NCBI GenBank assembly: GCA_050916045.1
Contig: CP051526.1
Span: 2,272,001-2,336,000, forward strand
Direction of reading: 5' to 3'
Length of the DNA stretch: 64,000 bases
DNA from: Tepidisphaera sp.
GTDB lineage: Bacteria; Planctomycetota; Phycisphaerae; Phycisphaerales; UBA1924
Program-made: the position numbers and the translations under genes
Shown here: positions 46,704-56,446 of the stretch, in pieces
Layout: every line of letters begins with the position of its first letter
Position numbering within the stretch: the first letter of the stretch is position 1
The notes under the pieces: model-generated
Seen by the model: only the letters and a program-made list of their open reading frames with translations
What the model was told of the DNA's origin: nothing
The model's database searches: none

Positions 46704-47990
46704 TCAGGGAAGCGTGTACGTGACCTTCGCACCAAACACGGCGAGCGTGTCGGCGGTCGCAGCGCCGAAGAACGCCCGGATGTAGTAGGCGGAGTTATCG
46801 AGGACAACGACGGGCGTTCCCGAAAGCGTGTACGTGGTCACGTTCGCACTGTTCACGGTCGTCGCGGTGGCCGCGACGGTCACCGCCGCCGCGCTCAGCG
46901 AGGTCTGGCGGATCAGGTCCATCTGGATGTTCGAACCAGACTGGTCGAAAGCCATGAACTGGACCTGCGTGATCGTCGAGCCGACCGGAATCTCGCAGGC
47001 GACCAGCATCTCGCCGCCGTTGGGCACCTGCAAAGCGTTGGCCGTCGCGTAGACCGTCGAGCTGTTGTTCGGCTTGAACGCGCGGTACATGTAGTTGACC
47101 GTGCGTGTGTTCCCACCGCCGCCACCCGCGGCCACGAACGAGCCCGTCGAAGTCACGCGAGCGACCACGTTCCCGGCGCTGTCAAGCCACTGGGTCAGGT
47201 CGCTGCTCTGGCCGTTCGCACCCTTGATCGAAAGCCCGACCTCGTTGGTCTGCAGGAAGATGCTCTGGTTCCGCGAGAAGAAGTTCTGCGTGCCCGTGCC
47301 CGCCGCTCCCAGGTTCGCCCGGGCCGCGTCGGCGAACGACGCTCCCGTGCCGCCGAACTGGATCGGGAGGATGCCCGAGACGATGTCCGACGCCGTGTGG
47401 AAGTGCTGGCCGAGCGAGAAGGTCGTGCCCGTGAGGATGATCCCCGTGCCCGCCGTGTACGTCGTGTCGTTGTCCACGCCGTCGGCAAACCCGGAAGGAA
47501 CGCCGGTCAGGCCGGACCAGAGGGTCGTGCCTGCCGGGCCCTGGGGGCCTTGTGGGCCCTGCGGCCCCTGCGGACCCTCGGGGCCTTCGGGTCCCTGCGG
47601 GCCGGGGTTGAGGGCTCGGAGGGCGTAGGGCGTCGCGTTGAGAGGCTGGCGCGAGCCGAGGGTCGTAAACGTGCCGCTCCCGCCGGGGCTGCGGACCGCG
47701 ATCTCAAGGAACCGCTGGTTGCCGTCGTAGACGGCTCCAAAGTCGAGGCCGACCGTGAAACGCCCGTCGGACACGCCAAGAGCGTTCGAAGCGAGCGTCG
47801 GGCCGACCTGGGTCCCGCCCGTAGCCGCTGTAAACAGCCGGAACTGGAAGTCGGCGGTGCCGGTCACCGGTGCGCCGGCGTTGCGGAGCTCGCCCTGGTA
47901 GGTGAACGTGTTGGTGAGCGGCTGCGCAATGGCAGGGGCAACCATCGCGAAAGCTGAGGCCGCGATAAGCGTACGAATCGGACTCTTCAT
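46704..47990 (-). CDS. Secreted FTYQG-type protein with collagen-like repeat and tail-fibre-like motifs
   Basis: Signal peptide, TFTYQGEL, (GPQ/GPE)7-GPA, LPIQFGGTGASFADAARANLG. Confidence 0.85.
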   Translation of the reverse strand: MKSPIRTLIAASAFAMVAPAIAQPLTNTFTYQGELRNAGAPVTGTADFQFRLFTAATGGTQVGPTLASNALGVSDGRFTVGLDFGAVYDGNQRFLEIAVRSPGGSGTFTTLGSRQPLNATPYALRALNPGPQGPEGPEGPQGPQGPQGPQGPAGTTLWSGLTGVPSGFADGVDNDTTYTAGTGIILTGTTFSLGQHFHTASDIVSGILPIQFGGTGASFADAARANLGAAGTGTQNFFSRNQSIFLQTNEVGLSIKGANGQSSDLTQWLDSAGNVVARVTSTGSFVAAGGGGGNTRTVNYMYRAFKPNNSSTVYATANALQVPNGGEMLVACEIPVGSTITQVQFMAFDQSGSNIQMDLIRQTSLSAAAVTVAATATTVNSANVTTYTLSGTPVVVLDNSAYYIRAFFGAATADTLAVFGAKVTYTLP

Positions 47991-48221
47991 GGGTGACTCC
48001 CTCATCTCGTTGCTGTGCGACGCCGCACGGGGGCTTGTATCGTGCCCGCTCCAAGCCCTCGACGCAAGTCTCATCGGTCCAAAACCCGACAGAAAGCGTC
48101 TAAAATAACCCAAACATCCACAAACCGGGTGCCTGTCCGGGGCCATCGGCAGCGCAGTGACGTCCCATACGGCGGGGCCCGTCGTTCGGTTGCCGCAAAA
48201 CCGCCGGGCGTACGCTGCCGC

Positions 48222-48827
48222 ATGAACGTCTGCATTCGAGTTGTCATTGCCGCTTTGCTTTCGGTTCCGGCGGTTCTGGGGATGGGATGCGAGACGTCCC
48301 GCTGGGAAACCGGTCTTGCGCGCGGCCCGGATGCGGCGTCCCCGCTTCCTCAGGGGTCGTCGGTGCGGGTGCGGGAGGTGCCTTGGGAGCGTGTGGAAGC
48401 GACGCTCGCCTCGCTTCGGGCGGATGTCGCGGCGAGCAGCGTGCATCCTGATGAGTGGCCTGCCGAGAAGCGCGAAGAGCACAAGATCCGCCTGCTAAAC
48501 GGGTTACAGATCTCAGAGTCTCCGACAAGCGTGAAGGTCCTGGGCAAGACCGAGTTCCGGGCGGCCGACAAGGTCGTGATTCCCAGCGAGGAGCTCACCA
48601 AGCTCGCTCTCGGGTTGGGTGCGGACACCGTGGTGTGGTCGTCGCGGCCGCTTGGCAAAGCCGACCGGATCGTGCAGGAGCCGGTGACGTGGTACAACGA
48701 CGGCACCACGCACTGGCGGGACAAGGACGGGGGCGCGTTCGGCGAGATGCGGACAGGGTGGGTCCCGGTCCGCGTCCAGGTCGACGAAACCGGATACGTG
48801 GGTTTCTTCTTGCGATCCAAGCCCTAA
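48222..48827 (+). CDS. Putative lipoprotein
   Basis: Hydrophobic leader ending LGMG|C; TACGCT 5 nt upstream. Confidence 0.7.
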   Translation: MNVCIRVVIAALLSVPAVLGMGCETSRWETGLARGPDAASPLPQGSSVRVREVPWERVEATLASLRADVAASSVHPDEWPAEKREEHKIRLLNGLQISESPTSVKVLGKTEFRAADKVVIPSEELTKLALGLGADTVVWSSRPLGKADRIVQEPVTWYNDGTTHWRDKDGGAFGEMRTGWVPVRVQVDETGYVGFFLRSKP

Positions 48828-48963
48828 GCCGGGGACCGGTCCGCTTGCAAGAGCGCATCCGGGGTGGTACGGTGGGGCCCATGGAATCGGCGATGTCGCC
48901 GAAGATGTCCCGCCTCGCCGCCGGGTTCTCGCGTGCGATTGTTCGGAGAGGAAAGGAAAGGTC

Positions 48964-49827
48964 ATGAAGTCGTCAGCCGCAAAGGCTCTGGTCGCCGCAT
49001 TCGTTTCGATGGCGGGCGCCGTCGCGTCCGCGGACGTGAACCCGCGCATCTCGTTTCCCTCGGAGCTTGTCCCCGTCGTCGTGACGGACAACTCCCTGGA
49101 GTGGCAGCCGCAGGAAGGCGCGGCGGCGGAGAAGCCGGCGGCACCCGCGGCGGAAGTCTCCTTCTGGAGCGGGTGGAAGCGCAACGCCGATCTGGGCCTC
49201 AACGGCTCCTCCGGCAACAGCGAGACCGTCTCCGTTCGCGGCCTCATCGGGGCCGAACGCAAGACCGAGTCGATGGAGACCAAAGCCAACATCGGGTACG
49301 TCTTCACCAACAGCGACGGCCAGAAGAGCAAGAGTCGCGGCGAAGCGAACCTGTTCAACAACTGGAACTTCGGCGCCGACAGCCCGTGGGGCTGGTTCGC
49401 GCAGGGCAAGGTCGAGTACGACGAATTCCAGTCGTGGAAGTGGCGCTTCAGCGGCGCGACCGGTCCGTCGTACACCTTCATCAAGAACGAGAAGACCACC
49501 CTCCGCGGCCGCGTCGGTCTCGGTGCGTACTACGAGACGGGCAAGCTCGGCGACGACGAGCTTCACCCCGAACTGGACGTCGGTCTTGATTTCACGCACC
49601 AGTTCTCCGAGACGCAGAAGATGTTCGCGACGGTTGATTACTACCCCAGCCTGGACGAGTTCCCGGCGTATCGCGTGACGGCGCAAGCCGGCTACGAGAT
49701 CCTTCTCTCGAAGGAGGACAACCTCTCGCTCAAGCTCGGCGTCCAGGACCGTTACGACAGCACCCCGGGCCTGGGGAACAAGCGCAACGATGTCGAGTAC
49801 TTCGTCGCGCTGTCGTTCAACTTCTGA
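48964..49827 (+). CDS. DUF481 outer-membrane beta-barrel protein
   Basis: Signal peptide, LGLNGSSGNSET, alternating beta pattern, C-terminal F. Confidence 0.85.
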   Translation: MKSSAAKALVAAFVSMAGAVASADVNPRISFPSELVPVVVTDNSLEWQPQEGAAAEKPAAPAAEVSFWSGWKRNADLGLNGSSGNSETVSVRGLIGAERKTESMETKANIGYVFTNSDGQKSKSRGEANLFNNWNFGADSPWGWFAQGKVEYDEFQSWKWRFSGATGPSYTFIKNEKTTLRGRVGLGAYYETGKLGDDELHPELDVGLDFTHQFSETQKMFATVDYYPSLDEFPAYRVTAQAGYEILLSKEDNLSLKLGVQDRYDSTPGLGNKRNDVEYFVALSFNF

Positions 49828-49881
49828 TCGAATCGAACTTTCGCGGCTCTCGTGGGGCCGCGCTCTCTTGGAAGGGCATCT

Positions 49882-50346
49882 ATGGGCTTTATTTCTGAGT
49901 TTCGTGACTTCGCGATGAAGGGCAACGTCGTCGACCTGGCGGTCGGCGTGATCATCGGCGGAGCGTTCGGCAAGATCGTCGACTCGATGATCAACGACAT
50001 CATGATGCCGGTGGTCGGCAAGGTCGTCGGCAACGTCGACTTCAGCAACCTGTACATCCCGCTTTCGGACAAGGTCTCGACGGAGCTTGCGGCCAAGGGA
50101 TCGCTTGGCCTCGCGGACGCCAAGAAGCTCGGCGCGGTCCTCGCGTACGGCAACTTCATCACCATCCTCATCAACTTCATCATCCTCGCGTTCTGCATCT
50201 TCCTCGTGGTCAAAGCCATGAACGAAGCCCGCAAGCGCATCGAGCGTCAGAAGGAAGCGGCCCCCGCGCCGCCCCCGCCGCCGCCGGCTCCGCCCGCTTC
50301 CGAGGTCTACCTCAAGGAAATCCGGGACCTCCTGGCCAAACGCTAA
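49882..50346 (+). CDS. mscL: Large-conductance mechanosensitive channel
   Basis: [41 protein letters not shown]. Confidence 0.96.
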   Translation: MGFISEFRDFAMKGNVVDLAVGVIIGGAFGKIVDSMINDIMMPVVGKVVGNVDFSNLYIPLSDKVSTELAAKGSLGLADAKKLGAVLAYGNFITILINFIILAFCIFLVVKAMNEARKRIERQKEAAPAPPPPPPAPPASEVYLKEIRDLLAKR

Positions 50347-50384
50347 ACGACGCCGGTCGCCGAGCGTTCTCCGACATCAGACAA

Positions 50385-50419
50385 CGAGCCGGGCGTCCAC
50401 AGACGCCCGGCTCGCTTTT
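50385..50419 (+). terminator. Rho-independent terminator
   Basis: CGAGCCGGGCGTC-CACA-GACGCCCGGCTCG followed by CTTTT. Confidence 0.8.
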
Positions 50420-50446
50420 CATCCAGAAATGTCTCGCCCAGTCGTA

Positions 50447-51400
50447 TCAGCACCCCGACTCGAAAGCCGTCACAAACGCGACATAGTCAAAGAAGTCCAC
50501 GAAGCCGTCCTCCGAAGTGTCAGCGTCCTTGCCCGGGGGGCAGACGCCCTCGAAACAGCTGACATAGTCGAGATAATCAAAGAAATCGATGAACTCGTCC
50601 TCGTTGAAGTCGGCGCCGCAGGGGATCGCCGCGGCGGAAACCGCCGCGCCGTTCCCGCGACGATCAAGCTCGATGATGAAGGGCGACTCGATCTCGCCCG
50701 TCTCCCAATCAACGCGCGAGAGGAAGAACGTCCCGGGATTGCCCGCCTGCGTCTGAGCCGCGAGAAAGAGCGTCGGACGCGAGGGCGGTCCGAATGCGTC
50801 CAATCCGCGATTGTTGAGCTCGAAAGGGAAGGCGCCGCCGATCTGCGTCGCTGGCTGCCCCAGCGCGTTCATCGGGACCTTCCAGAAGTTGTTGTCGCCG
50901 ACGAAGAACAGCGCGTCCTCCGCCGCGTTGTACGCGAGGCCGCCGACGCCGCCAGTGACACCCGTGCTCCACTCATTGATCGTCTCACCGTTCGCCGGGT
51001 TGTACTCGCGAAGCCGGACATTCCCGTTCCGGCCGTAGCCGCCGAAGAGACGACGGCCGGCGAAGACCGGAGAAGACGTGCCCTCGCGGAGCGTCCCGAT
51101 CCGAGCGAGCACGGGAGCACCGGTCTGCGCCCCTACCACGCGAAAAACCGTCTGATTGGCCGCGCCGCTCTGCACCGCGATGATGGCACCGCCCTGTCCG
51201 CCGAAGATCGAAGCGCCGACCGGAACCCGCGTCATGCCCACGAGCTCGACGCCGAGCGAATACTCCTGCACCGTCGCGTTGCTTCCCTGATACAGAACCC
51301 TGTAGAACGAAGTGCCCTGCGAAGCGAGCAGCAGCACATCGGCGTTCGCCGAAATCGCCACCGACAAGGCCGTTCCCGCCGCAATTGTGCGCAGATTCAT
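50447..51400 (-). CDS. Secreted protein with C-terminal GC-type dockerin domain
   Basis: Signal peptide; CGADFNEDEFIDFFDY...DADTSEDGFVDFFDY..FVTAFESGC. Confidence 0.85.
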   Translation of the reverse strand: MNLRTIAAGTALSVAISANADVLLLASQGTSFYRVLYQGSNATVQEYSLGVELVGMTRVPVGASIFGGQGGAIIAVQSGAANQTVFRVVGAQTGAPVLARIGTLREGTSSPVFAGRRLFGGYGRNGNVRLREYNPANGETINEWSTGVTGGVGGLAYNAAEDALFFVGDNNFWKVPMNALGQPATQIGGAFPFELNNRGLDAFGPPSRPTLFLAAQTQAGNPGTFFLSRVDWETGEIESPFIIELDRRGNGAAVSAAAIPCGADFNEDEFIDFFDYLDYVSCFEGVCPPGKDADTSEDGFVDFFDYVAFVTAFESGC

Positions 51401-51442
51401 GCTGAGACGCTCCTCGGCCGGAAGCTGGCGCGAACACCGCGC

Positions 51443-52562
51443 TCACTCCGCCTTCTTTTCCTTCTCCGCCCGCCGCCGCTTGAGCTCGGCGTCGATGAAC
51501 GGGTGAAGCTCGCCGCGAAGCACCGCTTCGTAGTCACGGTCCTCGTAGTTGGTCCGGTGATCCTTCACGCGGTTGTCGTAGAACACGTACGAGCGGATCT
51601 GCGTGCCCCAGCCCTGCTCCAAGCTGCCGCCGGACGCCGCCGCGATCTCTTTGTCGCGACGCTCATCCTCCATCTGCTGAAGCTTGGCTTGCAGCACGGA
51701 CAGCGCCTGGCTCTTGTTCTGAAGCTGGTCGCGGTACGTGCTCGCGACGACCTGCAAGCCGGTGGGCTTGTGGATCACGCGGATCGCGGAGGCGACCTTG
51801 TTGACGTTCTGACCGCCGGGGCCGCTGGCTCGCACGAACGCGATGATCTCAACGTCCTTGTCCGGGATCTCGATGTCGGCTTCGGCGACCTCGGGGACGA
51901 CGTCGACCGTCACGAAGCTCGTCTGCCGTTTGCCCTGAGCATTGAAGGGCGAAACGCGGGCGAGGCGGTGCGTGCCGCGTTCGCAGTTGAGGTGGCCGAA
52001 GGCGTACGGGCCCTTGACGTGGATCGTGACCGAGTCGATGCCGACCTCAGCGCCGAACCCCTTGTCGACCTCCTCCATGGACCAGCCCATCTTCTCGCAG
52101 TAGAAGATGTACATGCGGAGGAGCATCTCGGCCCAGTCGTTGGCTTCGGTGCCGCCCGCGCCGGCGTTGATCGTGAGGAAGCAGGCTCCGGCGTCGTACT
52201 TGCCGGTGAAGAGCGACTGCTGCTCGATCCGCGCCATCTTGGCCTGAAGCTGGAAGAGGGCTTCGTCCGCCTCGGCGAGCAGGTCCTTGTCCCCGGCTTC
52301 CTTGGCCATCTCGTAGGCGACCTTGGCGTCTTCGAGGGACGTCATGGCGGCGGCGAGCGGGTCGACCTGGGCTTTGAGGGTCTTGACCTCGGCGACGAGC
52401 TTTTTGGCCCGGCTTTGGTTATCCCAGAAGCCTTCGCCGGACATCTGCGTCTCGAGGTCCTTCAGTTGCTGGACTTTGGACGGGTAGTTAAAGAGAGTCG
52501 CGGATCGTTGAGATCCGCGCCTCAAGCTCGGAGATGACCGGCTGGTGTGCGTCGTAGTGCAT
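51443..52562 (-). CDS. prfB: Peptide chain release factor 2 with programmed +1 frameshift
   Basis: ATG 52562 gives MHYDAHQPVISELEARISTIRDSL, then CTT TAA C (52493-52487); the +1 frame continues NYPSK...FWDN; SPF and GGQ motifs present. Confidence 0.95.
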
Positions 52563-52682
52563 GGGCGGAGCGTAGGGAGGGGTCCGGGCGAAGAAAAATC
52601 GCCTCGGGAGCGCCAATTCCGGGAGGTGCTGACGTTCCAGGTGTGTTGAACCCTCGTCATTCTAGAACCAAGGAGGCTTTGC

Positions 52683-53732
52683 ATGCGGACTTTCACCTAC
52701 CTGTTCACGATCTCGGCTTTGGCAGTCGCAAGTTCGGCGATCGCCCAGCCCAGAGAGGTGAAGGTAAAAAACAGCGGGGAAACTCGGTCGAGCCCCGAGA
52801 ACCTTCAAGGGGGTTCCGACACTGGCAAGGGACAGGAAGTCAACATCGAGTTCAAGGGCGGCACCTTGTCCGAGTTCGTCGCTCTGCTGACGCAGACCAC
52901 GGACCCAAGAATCAATCTCGCGGTCGCGCCGGAGATTCTGAAAGCCAGAATCCCCGAACTCACGCTCCGAAAGATCACGGTCCCGAACGCTCTGCTCGCG
53001 GCCCTCACCGCTGCCGATGACCCCGCCAAGCACTTCTGGATTGTTGAAACAGGCGAGGGACTCAACCCGCTCTACAGGATCTCGTCGCGGAACGGCCCCC
53101 AAAGCCCCATGCCTCAGGCTGAGTCGAGCCTGCAGATCTTCCCCCTCAAGGAATGGGCCGGCAGCCCCGAAATCACGCTGTCCGCCGTCGAGAGTGCGGT
53201 CTCGCTTCTGAATGACACCGATCCGCCGAGAGTTTCGTTTCACAAGGATTCGGGCCTTCTGATGGTCTCGGGAACCGCCGCGACCATCGACGCGATCAAG
53301 AAGGTGCTCGACGGACTTGAGCAGCGCGCGAGCGCGGCGAGAGCGCAACTCGACCGCAACATCGCCATCAACGTCATCAACGCCATCAAGGCACCGAGCG
53401 AAAACCAGGCACTCGAACTCCTTATGGCGTGGAAAGACAAGGCTGAAGATTACGACCGAGCCATGGCGGACAATTCGATCAGAAATGCGACCAACCAAGA
53501 GAAGCTCGACATCATCCGCCGCGAGGTCGAGGAAGTCCGCAAGCGAGCCGATGAGAGAATCATCGCGCTCGACAGGGAACTGCTCCTCTCCAAGGCGTCC
53601 AACTCGAACACGATGATGGAGTTGAACGCTCAGAGAGCCGAAAATCAACGGTTGAAAGCCGAACTCGAAGCCCTTCGTGCGAAAGTGGCCGGACCCACCG
53701 TGCAGCCCGCCGAGCCCGCCCAGCCCAAATAG
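52683..53732 (+). CDS. Exported protein with secretin N0/N-like domains and coiled coil, no barrel
   Basis: Signal peptide; VNIEFKGGTLSEFV; LQIFPL...HKDSGLLMVSGTAATIDAIKKVLDGL; AAGGAGG RBS. Confidence 0.7.
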   Translation: MRTFTYLFTISALAVASSAIAQPREVKVKNSGETRSSPENLQGGSDTGKGQEVNIEFKGGTLSEFVALLTQTTDPRINLAVAPEILKARIPELTLRKITVPNALLAALTAADDPAKHFWIVETGEGLNPLYRISSRNGPQSPMPQAESSLQIFPLKEWAGSPEITLSAVESAVSLLNDTDPPRVSFHKDSGLLMVSGTAATIDAIKKVLDGLEQRASAARAQLDRNIAINVINAIKAPSENQALELLMAWKDKAEDYDRAMADNSIRNATNQEKLDIIRREVEEVRKRADERIIALDRELLLSKASNSNTMMELNAQRAENQRLKAELEALRAKVAGPTVQPAEPAQPK

Positions 53733-53740
53733 AATCCGCC

Positions 53741-54370
53741 GTGACTCCGGCCCGACTTTCGATCCTCGTCGGAGACGATCTGGTGCCGCACCTCTCGCGG
53801 CGGGACCACTCCCCCGTCCCGTCACACCCCTCCGCCCACGACATAACCGCCGCGCTCGCCCGTGGCGACGCAGCGGTCTTCGATCTCTTCTACCGCGCGT
53901 GGTTCCCAAAGCTCCTCGGCCTCGCCCGCCGCGCCACCGGCCGCGACGAAGCCTTCGCCCTCGACGTCGTCCAGGACACGTTCGTCCGCATCATCCGCTC
54001 GCCCCGCGTCTGCCCGACCGACGGCGAACTCGCTGCGTGGCTGCGGGCCTGCGTCCTCTCCGCTGCCGTCGACCGCCTCCGTGCCGAGGCCCGTCGCAAG
54101 AGCCGTGAACGGACCGAGGCACGAAGCGACCCCGCCGTCGCCCCCGCGGAGACGACCGAAGCCTCCGAACGCCTCGCGTGGCTCTCGGGCCGCCTCGCCG
54201 AACTGCCCGCCACCGACCGCGACCTCGTCCGCCTCCGCTTTGGCCTGCAACGCACGCTCGCCGAGATCGCCGCAGAATCCACCGACCGCTCAACCTGGGG
54301 CAGCGTCCAAGGCCGCCTCCGCCGCACGCTCGACCGCCTCAGACTCGCCGCCTCGGAGTACTTCGCATGA
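53741..54370 (+). CDS. ECF RNA polymerase sigma factor
   Basis: GDAAVFDLFY, ALDVVQDTFVR, AWLR, LAELPATDRDLVRLRF, TLAEIA. Confidence 0.85.
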   Translation: MTPARLSILVGDDLVPHLSRRDHSPVPSHPSAHDITAALARGDAAVFDLFYRAWFPKLLGLARRATGRDEAFALDVVQDTFVRIIRSPRVCPTDGELAAWLRACVLSAAVDRLRAEARRKSRERTEARSDPAVAPAETTEASERLAWLSGRLAELPATDRDLVRLRFGLQRTLAEIAAESTDRSTWGSVQGRLRRTLDRLRLAASEYFA

Positions 54371-54942
54371 GCACGCCAGACATGAGCAAGCCCAATTCGT
54401 TCGACCTCTCGCTCGACCTCGCCCCCTATGAGCCGCTGACGCCCAGCGCCCGTGATGCCCGCGATGCCATGCTCGAGCCCCTGCGCACGCGGGTGGTCGC
54501 GCGCCGCCGACGCCGCCTCGCGATCCGGGGGGGTTCCGCGTGCGTGCTTGCGATCACGACGATCGTCGGCGTGCAGTTGCTCACCACGCCCAACAGCACG
54601 CCGTCGCGTGAAATCGTCCAGCAGACGCCCCCCCCCGCCCCAATCGCTCCCGAGGCACCCGCCGCACCCGAAGTCACCGTCGAACGACCGAAAAAGTTCG
54701 CCATCACCATCCTCACGACCGACCCGACCGTCCTCGACCGCCTCTCCGCCAAGCCGCCCGCGGCGCCGCTGATCACCTCGCTCACGGACGACGAGTTGCT
54801 CGACGCGCTGCAAGCCGCCGGCACCCCAGGCTTCATCAAGATCAACGGCAAAGTCGTACTTTCCCGCGATCTCTTCAAGCCCGCCGAGTCCGACGCCAAC
54901 CCTCAAAGCCGAGGTGAAACCACCGGCGACACGCACGGCTGA
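54367..54942 (+). CDS. Putative single-pass anti-sigma factor
   Basis: ATGA-coupled to the sigma gene; RRRRR followed by TM, Pro-rich linker and a small LTDDELL domain. Confidence 0.65.
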   Translation: MSTPDMSKPNSFDLSLDLAPYEPLTPSARDARDAMLEPLRTRVVARRRRRLAIRGGSACVLAITTIVGVQLLTTPNSTPSREIVQQTPPPAPIAPEAPAAPEVTVERPKKFAITILTTDPTVLDRLSAKPPAAPLITSLTDDELLDALQAAGTPGFIKINGKVVLSRDLFKPAESDANPQSRGETTGDTHG

Positions 54943-54961
54943 GCCCTCGTAAGCTCCCGGC

Positions 54962-55291
54962 GTGATCGCAGGACTCTTCCAACATACGCTTGCCAGCACC
55001 GCCAGCTCACCCTCCGCGCCCGTCGGCGGCTCGCGCCTTGAGCATCTCTATCTCTTCGGCGGGATCGCCATCGGCTTCCTCCTCGGCCTTCTCATCGCCG
55101 CTGCCGCGTGGTCGATCCTCCGCCGCTCGCGCCGCCAAGCCGAAATGGACGAGCGGCAGAAACGCCGCCTCAAACGCCGCATCGTCGGCCAAGGTGCCTG
55201 GGCCGAGGCCGCCGACCGGCTCGAAACCCCCACCGCCGAAGAGCTCGATGAACAGCACGGCGACGACGAGCCCGGAGAAAGGCCGCGATGA
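54962..55291 (+). CDS. Small single-pass membrane protein
   Basis: TM GIAIGFLLGLLIAAAAW, AWAEAADRL; coupled to the next gene. Confidence 0.6.
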   Translation: MIAGLFQHTLASTASSPSAPVGGSRLEHLYLFGGIAIGFLLGLLIAAAAWSILRRSRRQAEMDERQKRRLKRRIVGQGAWAEAADRLETPTAEELDEQHGDDEPGERPR

Positions 55292-56052
55292 CGAAGCCCT
55301 TCGACGGCTCCAAGCCAGTCGCGGTCGTCACCGGCGCGGCCCGCCGCGTCGGCCGCGCGATCGCCCTCGAACTCGCTCGCCGCGGCTGCGACATCGTCGT
55401 CCACTTCGGCACAAGCGCCCGCGAAGCCGAATCCTGCGTACGAGAAGTCGAATCGCTCGGCTCAAAAGCGATGACGCTCCAAGCCAACCTCGCCGAGACC
55501 TCGGCGGTCGAGCGACTCGCGGCTTCGGCCCTTGCTCTGTCCCGCGTCGACATCCTCGTTCACAACGCTTCTCGCTACGAGCCATCGCCGCTCAGATCGC
55601 TGAACGCCGAAGACGCCCTCCTCGACTACCGCATCAACGCCCTCGCTCCCCTGCTGCTCTCGGCACGCCTTGCGAGCACACTCGGAGCGTCACCGCTCGC
55701 GGGTGGCGGCGCCATCGTCTGCATGACCGACATGCACGCTCTCGGCCGACCGCGGAGCAACCACGCGGCCTACTCCATGACCAAAGCCGCCCTCACCCAC
55801 ATGGTCGAGTGCCTCGCTCGCGACCTCGCCCCGCACGTCCGCGTCAACGGTGTCGCTCCCGGCGTCGTCGAGTGGCCCGAAGCCGGCCCCGAAACCGACC
55901 CCGCGATGCAGGCCCGTTACCTCGCCCGCACGCCCCTCGCCCGCGCCGGCACGCCCGAGGACGCGGCGAAAGCCGTGGCGTGGCTCGCTTTGGAAGCCAC
56001 CTACACCACCGGCCAGATCGTGCGGGTCGACGGGGGACGCTGGCTGACTTGA
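55288..56052 (+). CDS. SDR oxidoreductase, pteridine reductase/FolM-like
   Basis: TGAARRVG, LVHNAS, YSMTK, VRVNGVAPG, VDGG. Confidence 0.9.
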   Translation: MTKPFDGSKPVAVVTGAARRVGRAIALELARRGCDIVVHFGTSAREAESCVREVESLGSKAMTLQANLAETSAVERLAASALALSRVDILVHNASRYEPSPLRSLNAEDALLDYRINALAPLLLSARLASTLGASPLAGGGAIVCMTDMHALGRPRSNHAAYSMTKAALTHMVECLARDLAPHVRVNGVAPGVVEWPEAGPETDPAMQARYLARTPLARAGTPEDAAKAVAWLALEATYTTGQIVRVDGGRWLT

Positions 56053-56078
56053 CAAACTAGTGCATGCTAACTTATAGT
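56049..56078 (+). promoter_or_regulatory. Sigma70 promoter (leaderless) with possible operator
   Basis: TTGACA-18 nt-TATAGT, 5 nt before ATG 56084. Confidence 0.7.
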
Positions 56079-56083
56079 TCACC

Positions 56084-56437
56084 ATGCTCGGCCCCTGGCT
56101 CTTTCTCGCGTGCTTTCTCATCGCCGGGTTTGCGTTCGCGATGCCCGTGGTTTCGGCGATCCGCCACAGCGACCGCGGTTTCGGCCGAGCGGCTTTGGGA
56201 ATCCCGGGCGGCGTCCTGATCTGGGCGTGGATGGCGATCTACACCGGCGTGATGGAATCCGTGTGGACGGTCAAAAGCCTGACGCCGTGTCTTCTGGCGA
56301 TCTTCGGAACCTTCGGCTCGGGCTTCATCACCATCAGCGCACGAGCCGCGCTCAGGGCGCGACCGACACCGGGCGAGTGCCTGCACTGCGGCTACTCGCG
56401 AGGGGAACTGGCGCGTTGTCCCGAGTGCGGCCGCTAG
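56084..56437 (+). CDS. Membrane protein with C-terminal zinc ribbon
   Basis: 3 TM helices followed by CLHCGYSRGELARCPECGR. Confidence 0.7.
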   Translation: MLGPWLFLACFLIAGFAFAMPVVSAIRHSDRGFGRAALGIPGGVLIWAWMAIYTGVMESVWTVKSLTPCLLAIFGTFGSGFITISARAALRARPTPGECLHCGYSRGELARCPECGR

Positions 56438-56446
56438 CTCCGCGTT

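Noticed and set aside
46704..47990. Prophage remnant
   Set aside because: The tail-fibre-like motifs are in a Sec-exported protein, with no phage structural, integrase or replication genes nearby.
48881..48967. Possible 28-aa leader peptide coupled to the DUF481 gene (TACGGT 7 nt upstream)
   Set aside because: No distinctive codon content or attenuator is visible, and DUF481 has its own GGAAAGG RBS; cannot be supported.
52563..52696. In-frame upstream start for prfB given by the ORF track
   Set aside because: The extension is not RF2-like; the proper N-terminus is in the other frame and joins via the CTT-TAA shift.
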